48,199 nucleotides of DNA from Bdellovibrionales bacterium (GTDB lineage: Bacteria; Bdellovibrionota; Bdellovibrionia; Bdellovibrionales; UBA1609): NCBI GenBank assembly GCA_022842925.1, contig JALHOQ010000003.1, forward strand, positions 1 through 48,199, given 5' to 3'. Shown here piece after piece: positions 1 to 9,654 of the stretch. Under the pieces are notes generated by a model. The model was given only the letters and a program-made list of their open reading frames with translations. It had not been told where the DNA came from and searched no databases. Made by a program: the position numbers and the translations under genes. The first letter of the stretch is position 1. Each line of letters starts with the position of its first letter.

Positions 1-195
1 AAGAACCTCGATTGGAAATCCGTAGCCCGCATCAAGGCAGAGGTTTTTGAAAACTGCCCGGTGCCGTTTATCCATGAGACCGAGTATTTTGACGGGATGA
101 AGCCCACTATCATGTCCTTTGGCCGTCGGCCGGGAAATTTCCAAGAGACCTTGGACCCAACGTTTGACCTTAATGAGGTTTTTCGCGACGGCTAA
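1..195 (+). CDS. 3' end of a CDS entering from the left edge; product unknown
   Basis: Frame 1 is open from base 1 to TAA at 193-195 (KNLDWKSVARIKAEVFENCPVPFIHETEYFDGMKPTIMSFGRRPGNFQETLDPTFDLNEVFRDG*). No family recognised. A degraded copy of part of it recurs at 19244-19267. Confidence 0.4.
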   Translation, partial: KNLDWKSVARIKAEVFENCPVPFIHETEYFDGMKPTIMSFGRRPGNFQETLDPTFDLNEVFRDG

Positions 196-541
196 CCCCT
201 GTGCCTCAAACATCGTCAGATCGAATTAAATGGTGGCTGAACTTAGGCCAATAGGCTGCTGACAAGGGGTCGGTTGAATTTCATTGGGTTGTAGCGCTCA
301 GGCAATCCGTAGCGTTTTGCCTCCACTACGCCCCACACCTTTAGTCCTGTAAGTTTCAAATACGACTTTAGAACTCCGAATAGATAGGATGCTACCTTGG
401 GCAACCTACATCGGCTGGTTCATTCTAGTTTCTTTGATCAACTTGGCTATGTACGGGCTTTGTGCGCACAGGCTCACCTGCTGGCGCGCAAGGCTCAGGA
501 TACGCACCTAAGCCCGTCGCATTCAGTTTGGCACGAGGGGG

Positions 542-1441
542 CTATCTCCGAACTTCGGTCTCATAGTCATTTATGCACTTGTTGAACGCCTTAAATGCCT
601 TCGCTTTAATGTGTACCTCGTAATACCCAGGATTGACTTCAAAGCCATATCGATTGGCACAAGATCGCATTGCGTCCCTCAAGTATCTGGAGTCCATAGT
701 GCAGACAGCCGATCCCTCTTCCCCAGAATGTGACTCAAAGGAATCCCAGGTCGACAGAACCACGTCACCGAGGGAATACGAAGTGTGCAGGGACCATACC
801 TTACCTCGATAATTCTGAATGCATTGCTGACCCATTTCTTTATACTTCGGATGTGAGGCAATATCGATAAAATATTTATCCGAAAACAACTCCGCCAGAA
901 AGGCTGGGATCGCATCAATCGCGATCTTCACTCCAGTTGCGGGAATACCCCAGATGTTTGAGCTTCTAGCAGGCACAAAATACTTCGCCATAAGCTCTGG
1001 AGCAAACGGTTGATCGGCGTATTTCGCAATCAACGGAGTGTTTTTATGAACGTTCTGGTTGGTTCGATGAACAAAAAGATTATAGGCTCCACCCCAAAAA
1101 AATTCCTTTAATATATAACAGTAACTGGAATCGTCCTGATCTCTTTGCCACATAACGGACCTTATTTGTCGACCGATTAGGGCCTCGCTGGATCTATACT
1201 TTGTCCCCACAGCATTGGTATCAGCTACGAAGCCCGGGAAAGGTGAATCCAATGCTACTTCACGTACATATTCACACCAGGTCGCCGATGGATTCACATT
1301 GTTGCCATAATGGTTTTTAATATAATTAATGCTTTTTTGAATTTCGTCCATAGGGAGTGCGTAGCCTGACGAAGTAAAAAGAATTCCCACCATGGAAAAC
1401 ACAGAAAATGCAAAGGCGCACAAGAATCTTATCGTTGTCAT
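542..1441 (-). CDS. exported hypothetical protein (299 aa)
   Basis: Long ORF. The N-terminus MTTIRFLCAFAFSVFSMVGILFTSSGYA looks like a Sec signal peptide. No recognisable domain. Visibly AT-richer than neighbouring genes. Confidence 0.7.
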   Translation of the reverse strand: MTTIRFLCAFAFSVFSMVGILFTSSGYALPMDEIQKSINYIKNHYGNNVNPSATWCEYVREVALDSPFPGFVADTNAVGTKYRSSEALIGRQIRSVMWQRDQDDSSYCYILKEFFWGGAYNLFVHRTNQNVHKNTPLIAKYADQPFAPELMAKYFVPARSSNIWGIPATGVKIAIDAIPAFLAELFSDKYFIDIASHPKYKEMGQQCIQNYRGKVWSLHTSYSLGDVVLSTWDSFESHSGEEGSAVCTMDSRYLRDAMRSCANRYGFEVNPGYYEVHIKAKAFKAFNKCINDYETEVRR

Positions 1442-1863
1442 TACAGCTCTCCTATTGAGTATTCACAAATGGTTAGAAGCAAAATTGATTTCAGCTTTTC
1501 AATTGCTACCGGTAACCGACCAATGGTTCTTTTGTACACATTAGATTTTCTAAAATTTCAATTAATCTAATCTAATGTTCAGATGATAACCCTTCCATCC
1601 CAGGGGGGCCATGGTTAACGCCACTTTGCCCTGGCGACCGCTTCTCGAGCGTTGATTTTGGCGGCTCAATTCGGACGTTAGGCGCGAATTACGCAGGGGT
1701 TACGGAACTTCAGGCAGGATTGAAGTGTTTGAGTTCAGTCGTCAGTCGAGCGAAATCTCTCGGTCATGCGAAGGAACGTCAGCTTACTGCACCAATTCGG
1801 TCTGCCAATTCAAAGATGGCACTTGTCAGTGCGAGTGCCAGCAAACAAACTTTGGTCGTTAAA

Positions 1864-2155
1864 CACTCGATTCTGGAAGGGCTCACCTATTTTTGAGCGC
1901 GGACGACCTGTCCGCGCCGTGAACGATCACGCCTAATAGCCTTTGATGAGTTGTTTGGGTCACTCGCGGCCGCCGGCTCTCCGCAAGGCCGAGCATAGCC
2001 CTGACTTCGTAAAGCCGAAATGAGCCGCAATTTGATTGAGGCTCCAGTTTTCAACCCAGCGGAGTCTTGCCAGTTCAGCCGGATCGATGCATTCTCGCTC
2101 CCAGTGGATCTGGTATCTTTTTGATGCCGTTAGATTGCCCCTGAGTTCGTGTAGC
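1864..2155. repeat. copy A of a ~293-bp dispersed repeat (conserved hairpin + HTH-like ORF)
   Basis: Starts CACTCGATTCT and contains the hairpin GCGCGGAC-gacct-GTCCGCGC (1897-1917). It ends with a ~115-bp core (2041-2155) nearly identical to 4113-4227. Confidence 0.8.
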
Positions 2156-2256
2156 TTGGCGCAGCCTCCACCATTTCGAAAAGCCGACCTTTGGTCGTCT
2201 TCCTGACTCCCCGGTTTTCTCCATTCTGTTTTGTGGCCCGGTGCCGTTGCTGACAA
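1960..2256 (-). CDS. small HTH-like protein encoded within repeat copy A (98 aa)
   Basis: The C-terminal two thirds (LHELRGNLTASKRYQIHWERECIDPAELARLRWVENWSLNQIAAHFGFTKSGLCSALRRAG) is shared with ORF 3975-4262. The segment W-SLNQIAAHFG-TKSG-C resembles a generic helix-turn-helix. Coding status is uncertain. Confidence 0.35.
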   Translation of the reverse strand: MSATAPGHKTEWRKPGSQEDDQRSAFRNGGGCAKLHELRGNLTASKRYQIHWERECIDPAELARLRWVENWSLNQIAAHFGFTKSGLCSALRRAGGRE

Positions 2257-2393
2257 GGATGCGGTTGGGTTTCATTCCTTTGTTGACTTCGTCATGTCGG
2301 AGCGAACGGCGCAAGGCTTTCGGCCAGACCCAAATGATCGATCTTATCTTCAAAAACATGCGCTGATATGATTTTCAAATGAGGGGGATTTTT

Positions 2394-2837
2394 ATGAAAT
2401 CTATTTTGTTTTCGATATTAACCTTGTTGTTTTGCAGTCCCACCGCATTTGCGGGCTGGAAGATCGATTATCATGTCATCGACGTAGACACGAAAGATAT
2501 GAGCGAAGTCGGAATGAATTTGCCTTACCTTAAAATGCTATCAGGTGAATTGAATGGATTGCATTTGGCGGCTGACTCTAAGTTGAAGGTAGTGGAACTT
2601 CGAGGTTTGCTTACGTGGTATGAGTGGGAGAATGACGCCACTTGTACGGTTGCTGACCCCTCAAAGGAGCGACGCCAGGGTGAATATGGTTTGGCGAACT
2701 TTGTTTATTTGGCAGATCCTTCTGACGTATGGACCATCGAGTTGGCGGAGCTCTTTATGCCACCCTGTCCTCCCTTCATCAGCGCATCAATTCCAAAATA
2801 TTCGAGAGTCCTCAAAAGATCCGCGATGAAAAAGTGA
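2394..2837 (+). CDS. exported hypothetical protein (147 aa)
   Basis: ATG at 2394 preceded by GAGGGGG (2381-2387). Signal peptide MKSILFSILTLLFCSPTAFA. No known domain. Confidence 0.65.
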   Translation: MKSILFSILTLLFCSPTAFAGWKIDYHVIDVDTKDMSEVGMNLPYLKMLSGELNGLHLAADSKLKVVELRGLLTWYEWENDATCTVADPSKERRQGEYGLANFVYLADPSDVWTIELAELFMPPCPPFISASIPKYSRVLKRSAMKK

Positions 2838-3135
2838 TTCAAAAACACTTAAATCTTGATGATCTAGCGAATCGAACCGCGCCGGCAATCTGCTCGGCGC
2901 GATACCTTTCGATTGCTGTGGCCTTTGAGTGATTGTTTGATCCTATCTCAAACATGAAGCTGAAGCCCACCCTCAAACATCCCCAAATCGATTTTAATGA
3001 GGGTGGTACTTTGGCCGGCGCGAACTCGCGTAACAGGCAGGCGGCATTCATTTGGTTTTAGAACGACAAAAATCGGCCTTTGTTTAGGGAGTTCGGGGCG
3101 AATCTGAGCAAGCTCAGCCTAAGCGGGTTCACAAT

Positions 3136-3933
3136 TTGCAGTACCTTGGGTCCGTGCGAATCTTTAAAGTCCTCCTTATTCTATCGACTTGCTTACAAGG
3201 GGCCATGGCTCTGGGCCACGACGTTACCCTATTGGGTCTCAAGCATAAGGAGACGTCCTACGAAGAGGCTACCCCCGAGGTTCGTGGGAAGGTCATCGAA
3301 TCGAATTTTCAGATCGCAAAATCGATTAGCGAAATATCCAAAGGCAACCCGGCGATTGTCTTCGAGGAAACTGTTCCTGGTGATGACGTATACGATTTCC
3401 AAACCATCGATGTGCCTCACCTAAGAGACTTAAAAATTGTGGGTCAACAATTCCGGCAGAAATTTCCAACTAAGGTGGCAGATCTCACTGAATTGCAAAG
3501 GCGAGTGCTCTACACTTATGGTGGTGTATATGTTGCGCTGATGTCTGGATCTGCTTCTGAGTTGAGAGGAACTGGTCGGGACGGCGATGAAGACCATCGC
3601 GTTCAACAAAAATATTCTGCAGTTCTGGAGAAAATGAAAGCATCTGGAATGGGCGAGGATCAGGCTATCCAACAGATTTGGAGCCGCGCTGACTTTATCT
3701 ATGACGTCCATACGCGACGCGAGGAGCAGGCGCTAGAACAGGTAGCAGGCTACCTCAAGCGAAAGCCTTCAGGCACAGTTCCTATCTTTTTAGTCTTTGG
3801 CTACAAACACGATTTCAAAGAGTCAGGGCTAAAATTTCCCACGGTCAGACTTCGTCGAGGCCATCCATCTTCCTCCCCACAGGCAAGCGATCTTCAGGAA
3901 TGCGAAAGAGCCTTAGGCGAAAAGGGTCAGTAA
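3136..3933 (+). CDS. exported hypothetical protein (265 aa)
   Basis: TTG start in the ORF track (alternative GTG at 3154). Hydrophobic N-terminus VRIFKVLLILSTCLQGAMA. The C-terminal part TRREEQALEQVAGYLKRKPSGTVPIFLVFGYKHDF weakly recalls the TraB/GumN/ChaN fold (weak, by eye). Confidence 0.55.
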   Translation: MQYLGSVRIFKVLLILSTCLQGAMALGHDVTLLGLKHKETSYEEATPEVRGKVIESNFQIAKSISEISKGNPAIVFEETVPGDDVYDFQTIDVPHLRDLKIVGQQFRQKFPTKVADLTELQRRVLYTYGGVYVALMSGSASELRGTGRDGDEDHRVQQKYSAVLEKMKASGMGEDQAIQQIWSRADFIYDVHTRREEQALEQVAGYLKRKPSGTVPIFLVFGYKHDFKESGLKFPTVRLRRGHPSSSPQASDLQECERALGEKGQ

Positions 3934-3934
3934 T

Positions 3935-4227
3935 CACTCGATTCTAAAATCCCTACCTACCGTTTAAACGCGGACTACCCGTCCGCGAGCGTTTCACCGC
4001 AACCCGTTGACGTTTGAGCCCTCGTTTGGGTCAACCGGGGCCCGCTTGACCTCCTCAATACTGAGCACACGCCCGACTTGGTACAGCCAAAATAGGCTGC
4101 AATTCGATTGAGGCTCCATTTTTCAACCCAGCGGAGTCTTGCCAGTTCAGCCGGATCGATGCATTCTCGCTCCCAGTGAATCTGGTATCTTTTAGATGCC
4201 GTTAGATTGCCCCTGAGTTCGTGTAGC
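3935..4227. repeat. copy B of the ~293-bp dispersed repeat
   Basis: Same CACTCGATTCT start. Hairpin CGCGGAC-taccc-GTCCGCG (3969-3987) has a conserved stem and a different loop. The core 4113-4227 is about 96 percent identical to 2041-2155. Confidence 0.8.
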
Positions 4228-4262
4228 GTAAAATCGCCCTTGCTTGCCAAGATAACTCTCAT
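3975..4262 (-). CDS. small HTH-like protein encoded within repeat copy B (96 aa from internal ATG)
   Basis: Paralogue of 1960-2256 (LHELRGNLTASKRYQIHWERECIDPAELARLRWVEKWSLNRIAAYFGCTKSGVCSVLRR). I chose the Met at 4262 so that the size matches copy A and the overlap with the divergent gene at 4276 is avoided. Confidence 0.35.
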   Translation of the reverse strand: MRVILASKGDFTLHELRGNLTASKRYQIHWERECIDPAELARLRWVEKWSLNRIAAYFGCTKSGVCSVLRRSSGPRLTQTRAQTSTGCGETLADG

Positions 4263-4275
4263 CACAATTAGACTT

Positions 4276-5112
4276 ATGAAGGCGCGATCTTTCCTACTAG
4301 CTCTAGTTCTTATGTTCCCGAACTTATCTTTTGGGCGTTCGCTATGGGATATGTTAACGGGAACCCCGGATATAAAAACTTCGATGGCGAGTGGGTTAAA
4401 TCCGGCTCTCAAAGCGGCTTCAGAAGAATGTCCCGGTCAGAAAATCTATATCGACGCTGTCCGCCAGGAACTCAATGACACTCGCGCGGGAAATTTCAAC
4501 GATGTTTTTCTGCGAATGGCGTTGAATAGAGGCGCGTGCGATAATTCCACCGAGCTTTTAAGCCTGGCGCGAGAGAAAGCCAGTTCCAAAGACGTGCAAC
4601 CCACTAGCGATTTCGACTATCTTAGGGATGCGATCATTCAAAAGCGTAAGATTTGCGGAGTGTCCGTGAGCTTCAGTGTCGACGCTTCAACTCGAGAAGT
4701 CGTATCGACCTATAGTGCGTTCCACACCGACACATCGGGGCGAGACCGTAGGATTGGTATACCGAAGGTAATTCGCTCAAAAGTCGCTAAATTTCCCGAA
4801 GGCGTGCAGAACTGTTTAAGGCGCCCTATCTTCACCGATATTTCAAATTGCAAATATGCGGGGAGCCCACCAACGTCTGATTCGGATTGCCGCTCTGGAA
4901 TGATCAACTGTGAAGCCTCCTATACGGTGGGCTCGGGTACCCCACCGAAGTCGATGCCCATTGCCATTAACTCTGCAAGCTTCTTGGCTAAGAATTCGCG
5001 AATGGGCTCCACTTGCCAGCAGGATATTACAGGAATTGTGAGAGACAATTTTGCGATCGGTCGACCACTCGACTTTAAAATAGATGAATCTGGATCGAGG
5101 ATCACTAAATGA
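4276..5112 (+). CDS. exported hypothetical protein (278 aa)
   Basis: Internal ATG at 4276 gives the signal peptide MKARSFLLALVLMFPNLSFG. Several Cys residues. No known domain. Confidence 0.65.
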   Translation: MKARSFLLALVLMFPNLSFGRSLWDMLTGTPDIKTSMASGLNPALKAASEECPGQKIYIDAVRQELNDTRAGNFNDVFLRMALNRGACDNSTELLSLAREKASSKDVQPTSDFDYLRDAIIQKRKICGVSVSFSVDASTREVVSTYSAFHTDTSGRDRRIGIPKVIRSKVAKFPEGVQNCLRRPIFTDISNCKYAGSPPTSDSDCRSGMINCEASYTVGSGTPPKSMPIAINSASFLAKNSRMGSTCQQDITGIVRDNFAIGRPLDFKIDESGSRITK

Positions 5113-5366
5113 AGAAGTTAATAGCCAGCTGTATTTTGTCCTTGGTGTTCCTGGGCGCAAGCGCAAAAGCCTCGCCTTTAGAATTCTTTGTCGAAGGTAA
5201 AGTAGTCAAAATTACCGATTCTAAAATCAAACTTGTCATCTCTCGCGGCCAAAGCATCGTCGTGCCTTCGGGTATGATTGTCGACGAAGTGCCTCGCCTC
5301 GGTCGAGTCGCCCGAGCCCGCCTGACTCTTGAAGATCTGAGTTTGGCGATTGCAGAAGCCCGCTAA
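5109..5366 (+). CDS. small exported protein (85 aa)
   Basis: ATGA start/stop overlap with the upstream gene. Signal peptide MKKLIASCILSLVFLGASAKA. Confidence 0.6.
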   Translation: MKKLIASCILSLVFLGASAKASPLEFFVEGKVVKITDSKIKLVISRGQSIVVPSGMIVDEVPRLGRVARARLTLEDLSLAIAEAR

Positions 5367-5404
5367 GGACCGACAATTAGCTAGGCGCAGCCTCCACCAT
5401 CGCT

Positions 5405-5422
5405 GAACTCGGCCCGGGCCGG
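5405..5422. repeat. REP-like palindrome (GC-type half element)
   Basis: GAACTCGGCCCGGGCCGG in the gap between the genes ending at 5366 and starting at 5522. Confidence 0.6.
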
Positions 5423-5521
5423 ATAACTTGCACCCACTCCCGGTTCAGTTGTTGCACCTCGACTGCCCAAATAGACTCTAAAACGCTTGTATACGAAAAG
5501 GCTTGAGTCATTGGAGCCAGT

Positions 5522-7609
5522 ATGAATCCATGGTTGAAAAATATATCCATTGCCCAGATCGCCAGCGGGCTGCTTGTGCCGATCGGCGCGGCCCAGGCAG
5601 GTCCTGCAAACCCGCCCACCCCTCCTCCCGAATGCGAAGCCGTCTTGGTCGCAAGCTGGCTCCCCAATCTTCCCCGGCTTACCGAGCCCGGGTTTTTGCG
5701 CCAGCGCCTGGCGACGTCGAAAGCGGACCTCAAAACAGCCGTACGAGAAATCCTCGAACTCGACAAAAACCAGCGAACCTTTACCAACACGGTTCTGCGC
5801 CTTGAAGACGCCCGCGCCCAGTACTTAGAAAAAATCATCTACTACCTCGCCGTCGCCTCCACGGTCGTTCCCGGGGATAGCCAACAGGAACTGCAAAAGA
5901 TTCAAGTCGAAGCATTCGATGCGCTCAATGAGTTGGCCTTAAACCACGAACTCTACCTGGCGACTCAAGACCAAAAGCCCGAGAATCCGGCCCAGCAAGC
6001 TTTGCTGAAAGAGTACAACGAGATGTTCCGCGAAAACGGCGCGACCCTGATTGAGGCCAGCCGCAGGAGGATTCAAAAGCTGCAAACGGAGATGTCCGAA
6101 TTGCAAGTGGCCTATCTGAACAATCTAAAAAAAGAAATTCTGATCTCCTTGCACAAAGATGAATTAACGGGAGTCGATCTCACCCCACTCAAACCAACCG
6201 CCGAGGGACTTTACCAGGTCGCTGCACAAAGTTCCGATTCCGTACGCCGACTGCTCACCACAGCCACTAGCGAAGAAACCCGTAAGAAGATCTTTCTCGC
6301 TTATCGCTCGCGCGCGCCTAAAAACAGTGCGATCCTGATCGACTACGTCAACAAGGCCGGAGAAATCGCCAGTCTCCTCGGCAAAGACAACACGCTCGAT
6401 TCGATGATCTCGCCTGAATCTTTGGCCCGTAACCGTCATGAGGTCGCACGGGTGATCAGTGAATTACGCACGCACATGCAACCAGGACTCACCGCCAAGC
6501 GTGAAGCCATGCAAGCCTTAAAAGCCGCCACTGGCTCGACTAAGCCCTTGGCCCCTTGGGACGTATTCTACTTTGAAGCCCAGCTGGAGAAGCAAGAAGC
6601 TGCTGCAAAAACAGACGAACTCGCCGGTATTGAAAAGCACTTTCCCGCCATCCCCACCATGGAGCGGACGCTCCATGTGTTTGCCCGTTTGCTTTCTCTT
6701 CAAGTCTTGGAACGAAAAGACCTAGTCGGATGGACTCCGGAGGTGCGAGCGTTTGAAGTTCGAAAGCTGGATGGAGCGCCTGTGGGTCTCTTGTACCTCG
6801 ATCCGCATTCACGACCAGAGAAAGATCCCAACACCGCGTTTGTGTCCAGGCTATCACCGCCGGTGGCGAATCGGCATGCGCCCGCGGTAGCGGTCGTGTT
6901 CAACATGGGGCCGAAGGAAGAAGCGGCCTCCAAATATCTCGAAATCTCGAAGGTCGGCACCCTGGTTCATGAATTCGGTCATGCTTTCCACGCACTTTTA
7001 GCCAAGGCCGACTACGTCTCGACCTGGGGCTACAATCGGACGACGGACTTTGTCGAAATTCCGTCTAATTTTGGCGAGCTGCTTTTAACGGATCCCAACA
7101 CTTTGACGGCGATTGCGGATGGCGGTCTCACCCGAGCACAGGCGGAGGCGGTGGCGCGTGAGCTATCCGGAACTCCGCGAGTCAGCCCGACCCATTTACA
7201 CAACACCTTCTTTTTGGCCTGGCTCGATCAGCTCTTGTTCGACCGAGCGACTGGCCCGTCGACGCTAACCCCGGCGCAGTTGCATCGCCTTTATCGACAG
7301 GCCCATTTCGATTTCTACGGCTTTGAGACTGATCCAGGTGATCGCTTTTTCGATTCGTTTTCACATTTGGTCGTTGGTTATGGCGGCAACTACTATTCCT
7401 ACTTCTGGTCTAAGATGGCGGCCATTCATATTTGGGATCGGATGTCGGCGTTGGGCGGCTTTCACTCACCTCAGGCCCGCGCCCAATATGTGAGCGAGGT
7501 GCTGGAGCCGACGACGGCCGTTCACGCTAAGCAGGCGCTCGAAAGCTTCTTAGGCACGCCGATGAGCCCCGTCCCCTACCTGCGCCGGTTGGGTTTGGCG
7601 TCGGAGTAA
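5522..7609 (+). CDS. exported M3-family zinc oligopeptidase (thimet/Dcp/oligopeptidase A-like)
   Basis: 695 aa. HExxH in the typical M3 context GTLVHEFGHAFHALLA. Length and C-terminal catalytic region are typical of M3. N-terminal signal peptide ...GLLVPIGAAQA followed by PPECEAVLV. Confidence 0.85.
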   Translation: MNPWLKNISIAQIASGLLVPIGAAQAGPANPPTPPPECEAVLVASWLPNLPRLTEPGFLRQRLATSKADLKTAVREILELDKNQRTFTNTVLRLEDARAQYLEKIIYYLAVASTVVPGDSQQELQKIQVEAFDALNELALNHELYLATQDQKPENPAQQALLKEYNEMFRENGATLIEASRRRIQKLQTEMSELQVAYLNNLKKEILISLHKDELTGVDLTPLKPTAEGLYQVAAQSSDSVRRLLTTATSEETRKKIFLAYRSRAPKNSAILIDYVNKAGEIASLLGKDNTLDSMISPESLARNRHEVARVISELRTHMQPGLTAKREAMQALKAATGSTKPLAPWDVFYFEAQLEKQEAAAKTDELAGIEKHFPAIPTMERTLHVFARLLSLQVLERKDLVGWTPEVRAFEVRKLDGAPVGLLYLDPHSRPEKDPNTAFVSRLSPPVANRHAPAVAVVFNMGPKEEAASKYLEISKVGTLVHEFGHAFHALLAKADYVSTWGYNRTTDFVEIPSNFGELLLTDPNTLTAIADGGLTRAQAEAVARELSGTPRVSPTHLHNTFFLAWLDQLLFDRATGPSTLTPAQLHRLYRQAHFDFYGFETDPGDRFFDSFSHLVVGYGGNYYSYFWSKMAAIHIWDRMSALGGFHSPQARAQYVSEVLEPTTAVHAKQALESFLGTPMSPVPYLRRLGLASE

Positions 7610-7637
7610 TCGCGCCGCGCTGGGGCTCGCGGCGGAT

Positions 7638-7655
7638 CGGCCCGGGCCGAGTTCG
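7638..7655. repeat. REP-like palindrome (GC-type)
   Basis: CGGCCCGGGCCGAGTTCG, 29 nt after the M3 peptidase stop. Confidence 0.6.
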
Positions 7656-7775
7656 CTCCCACCGAGGCGGCGCTGATGGTTTTACGTCCGAAGCCGTAAG
7701 AGTCGACCTTAATTTCCAGTTAATGCGGCACATTTTTTGCGGTGACTTCTGAGATTCTTACACAGGAGAACTAAA

Positions 7776-9029
7776 TTGATTCCGGGCCGAAGAAAATCCA
7801 TGGTTGCCGCTTTTTTAAGTGCCTTTGTGGTGCCTTTACAGGCGGCGGTGGCCACACCGGAGCTGACTCGCTCATGTCAAGAACATCTGCTGAGTGCGGT
7901 TGAGAACAAAAATCTTGTGGTTGATCTGGGCATGGGAATTTTGAGTGTGGAATCCTATGACTCCGAAACAGACAAAGCGATGGTTCGATTTAAAGACTTG
8001 CATCGAACCTACCGTCCGGAAAAGGGGCGCACCAAAAAAGCGGGAATGTATTCTCAGGCGCTATTTGAGGTTGGCCAAGCCTCTCAACGAATTCTAGCGG
8101 AGATGGGCCATCCTGATTCCGTGAAGTTAGTGCATGAGCGAACCCAAAAGCTTTTAGGACTTAAGAGATCCGGGCTATTTTTTGCCCAAGTGGGTCTTAC
8201 CGCACGCCTAAATGCCAGTGAACTTTGGGCCAACGTCGTTTTGTTCCCCGCCATCGAGCGAGTGAATTTACAAAGGCAACAGCAGGGTGCGCCTTTGATC
8301 AAAAGGCATAATTTTTTAATGGAGCATTTTATTTCAAACCCCGATGCCAACAGTCCAGAGGCCGTGGATATGGTGTCGGTATTGCGCGAAATTTATTTGG
8401 CGACGGGTGAGAACTTAGTGCGAAGTGGCCTTCTTCGAGACTATAGTCAGGGTTATCACAGAAATTGGCGCCGCTCGGGAGAGTCTGAGGGCAACAGGGG
8501 TACCCTGAGAGTCGTGCAGCCGACCAAGCGAAGTCATGTTGAGTTTATTCCACAAGACATCGATCATTACGTGCGCTCATTTCTTTGGGCCAGGTCCGAT
8601 AAATTGTTTGGATTGGAGTCGATATCGCAAACTCTCCCCCAGACCGTTGAATCGCACCAGCAGGTGAGCGACGTCTTAGACTTCTATCGCCTAAATCGGA
8701 TTGTGACATTAGATGTGGGTTACGTTGTCCCTGAGTTTATGACTCGAGTGAAAACGTTGTTGGTTCAGTCGGTAGACAAAAAATCCGAATGGGTGCCTGA
8801 CGCTTTTGCCCAATCGACAAAGTGGCGAAGAATTTATGAGGTGGCCGGAACTCTGAAAATTGCGCAACCTGATTTAGTCCATGGGCAAATCATTCTGCTG
8901 GTGAGATCTCCCTCGACCTCAGATTATCGTCACGCAGAAATGCTACGCGCTTTGTATGATCTAGGCGCGGTGAGGGTCCTCCAAATTGTGCTGGATGAAA
9001 AAGAAACCTCATCCGCGCCGGTTAAATGA
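7776..9029 (+). CDS. exported hypothetical protein (417 aa)
   Basis: TTG start 8 nt after AGGAGA. Signal peptide ...AAFLSAFVVPLQA followed by TRSCQEHLL. No known domain. Confidence 0.65.
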   Translation: MIPGRRKSMVAAFLSAFVVPLQAAVATPELTRSCQEHLLSAVENKNLVVDLGMGILSVESYDSETDKAMVRFKDLHRTYRPEKGRTKKAGMYSQALFEVGQASQRILAEMGHPDSVKLVHERTQKLLGLKRSGLFFAQVGLTARLNASELWANVVLFPAIERVNLQRQQQGAPLIKRHNFLMEHFISNPDANSPEAVDMVSVLREIYLATGENLVRSGLLRDYSQGYHRNWRRSGESEGNRGTLRVVQPTKRSHVEFIPQDIDHYVRSFLWARSDKLFGLESISQTLPQTVESHQQVSDVLDFYRLNRIVTLDVGYVVPEFMTRVKTLLVQSVDKKSEWVPDAFAQSTKWRRIYEVAGTLKIAQPDLVHGQIILLVRSPSTSDYRHAEMLRALYDLGAVRVLQIVLDEKETSSAPVK

Positions 9030-9252
9030 ATTTAACTGTGTGGTGACGTGTATTGGCACGCCTTTGGCACTCCCCGCGCCTTGCAATCGTGAGCGGTCGC
9101 TGCGCTGATAGCGATATAGGGATTGCTGAAAATATTCAACTGAGACTGCCCGCACTTTGTGCATTGATAGTGAAATCACCACAATCCTGAAGGCTTCAGT
9201 TCACAGGAGAATAAAGGCAGGAGAAGCTCCCTTCTTTCAAAGGGGAAATAAA

Positions 9253-9615
9253 ATGAAAAAAATTGCTCTCGCCTTAGCTCTCGGCCTTTCCGCCTCAGCC
9301 TTTGCCTCGGACCACTGGGATTACTGTTCCAGCGCTGATGGCGTGGTGAAATTAGAGAATGGAATTCTCACCGTTGAAGGGATCGGCGAAATCGCCGAAG
9401 AGAGTGTTAAGATCAACCAGCTCAGCGTTGTAAAACACGATAAGGAAATGTGCGTTTTGCAAAAATCTGGTCAAGAAGTCGTGGCGTTTGAAAACACAGT
9501 CAGTGTGGAGGAGGTCACCTACACGACCGAAGAGAATGACCCTGAAACCAAGGTCATTGTGCTGTGTGAATCTGGTGGCAGTGGCATCCCCGCGGCCGAT
9601 TCTTGTAAGGAATAG
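9253..9615 (+). CDS. small exported protein (120 aa)
   Basis: ATG at 9253 after AAAGGGGA. Signal peptide MKKIALALALGLSASAFA. Four Cys residues. Confidence 0.65.
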   Translation: MKKIALALALGLSASAFASDHWDYCSSADGVVKLENGILTVEGIGEIAEESVKINQLSVVKHDKEMCVLQKSGQEVVAFENTVSVEEVTYTTEENDPETKVIVLCESGGSGIPAADSCKE

Positions 9616-9654
9616 CTGTAGGCCGCATAGGCCTTCGCACTCGAGTAATTTTTC

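Noticed and set aside
1897-1917. Repeat-associated hairpins (1897-1917 and 3969-3987) as Rho-independent terminators
   Set aside because: The T run precedes rather than follows the stem on the plus strand, and the minus strand has an A run after the stem. Neither orientation gives a hairpin plus U tract.
1864-4227. The 293-bp repeats as integron attC sites or a cassette array
   Set aside because: There is no intI-like integrase in the window. The repeats are far longer than attC sites and contain a conserved ORF. Only two copies are seen.
5377-5838. 153-aa minus-strand ORF, plus the plus-strand ORFs 5503-5805 and 5550-5828
   Set aside because: They overlap the start of the well-supported M3 peptidase gene and span a REP palindrome. 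They have a low-complexity Arg/Ser/Pro-rich composition typical of off-frame reading in GC-rich DNA.
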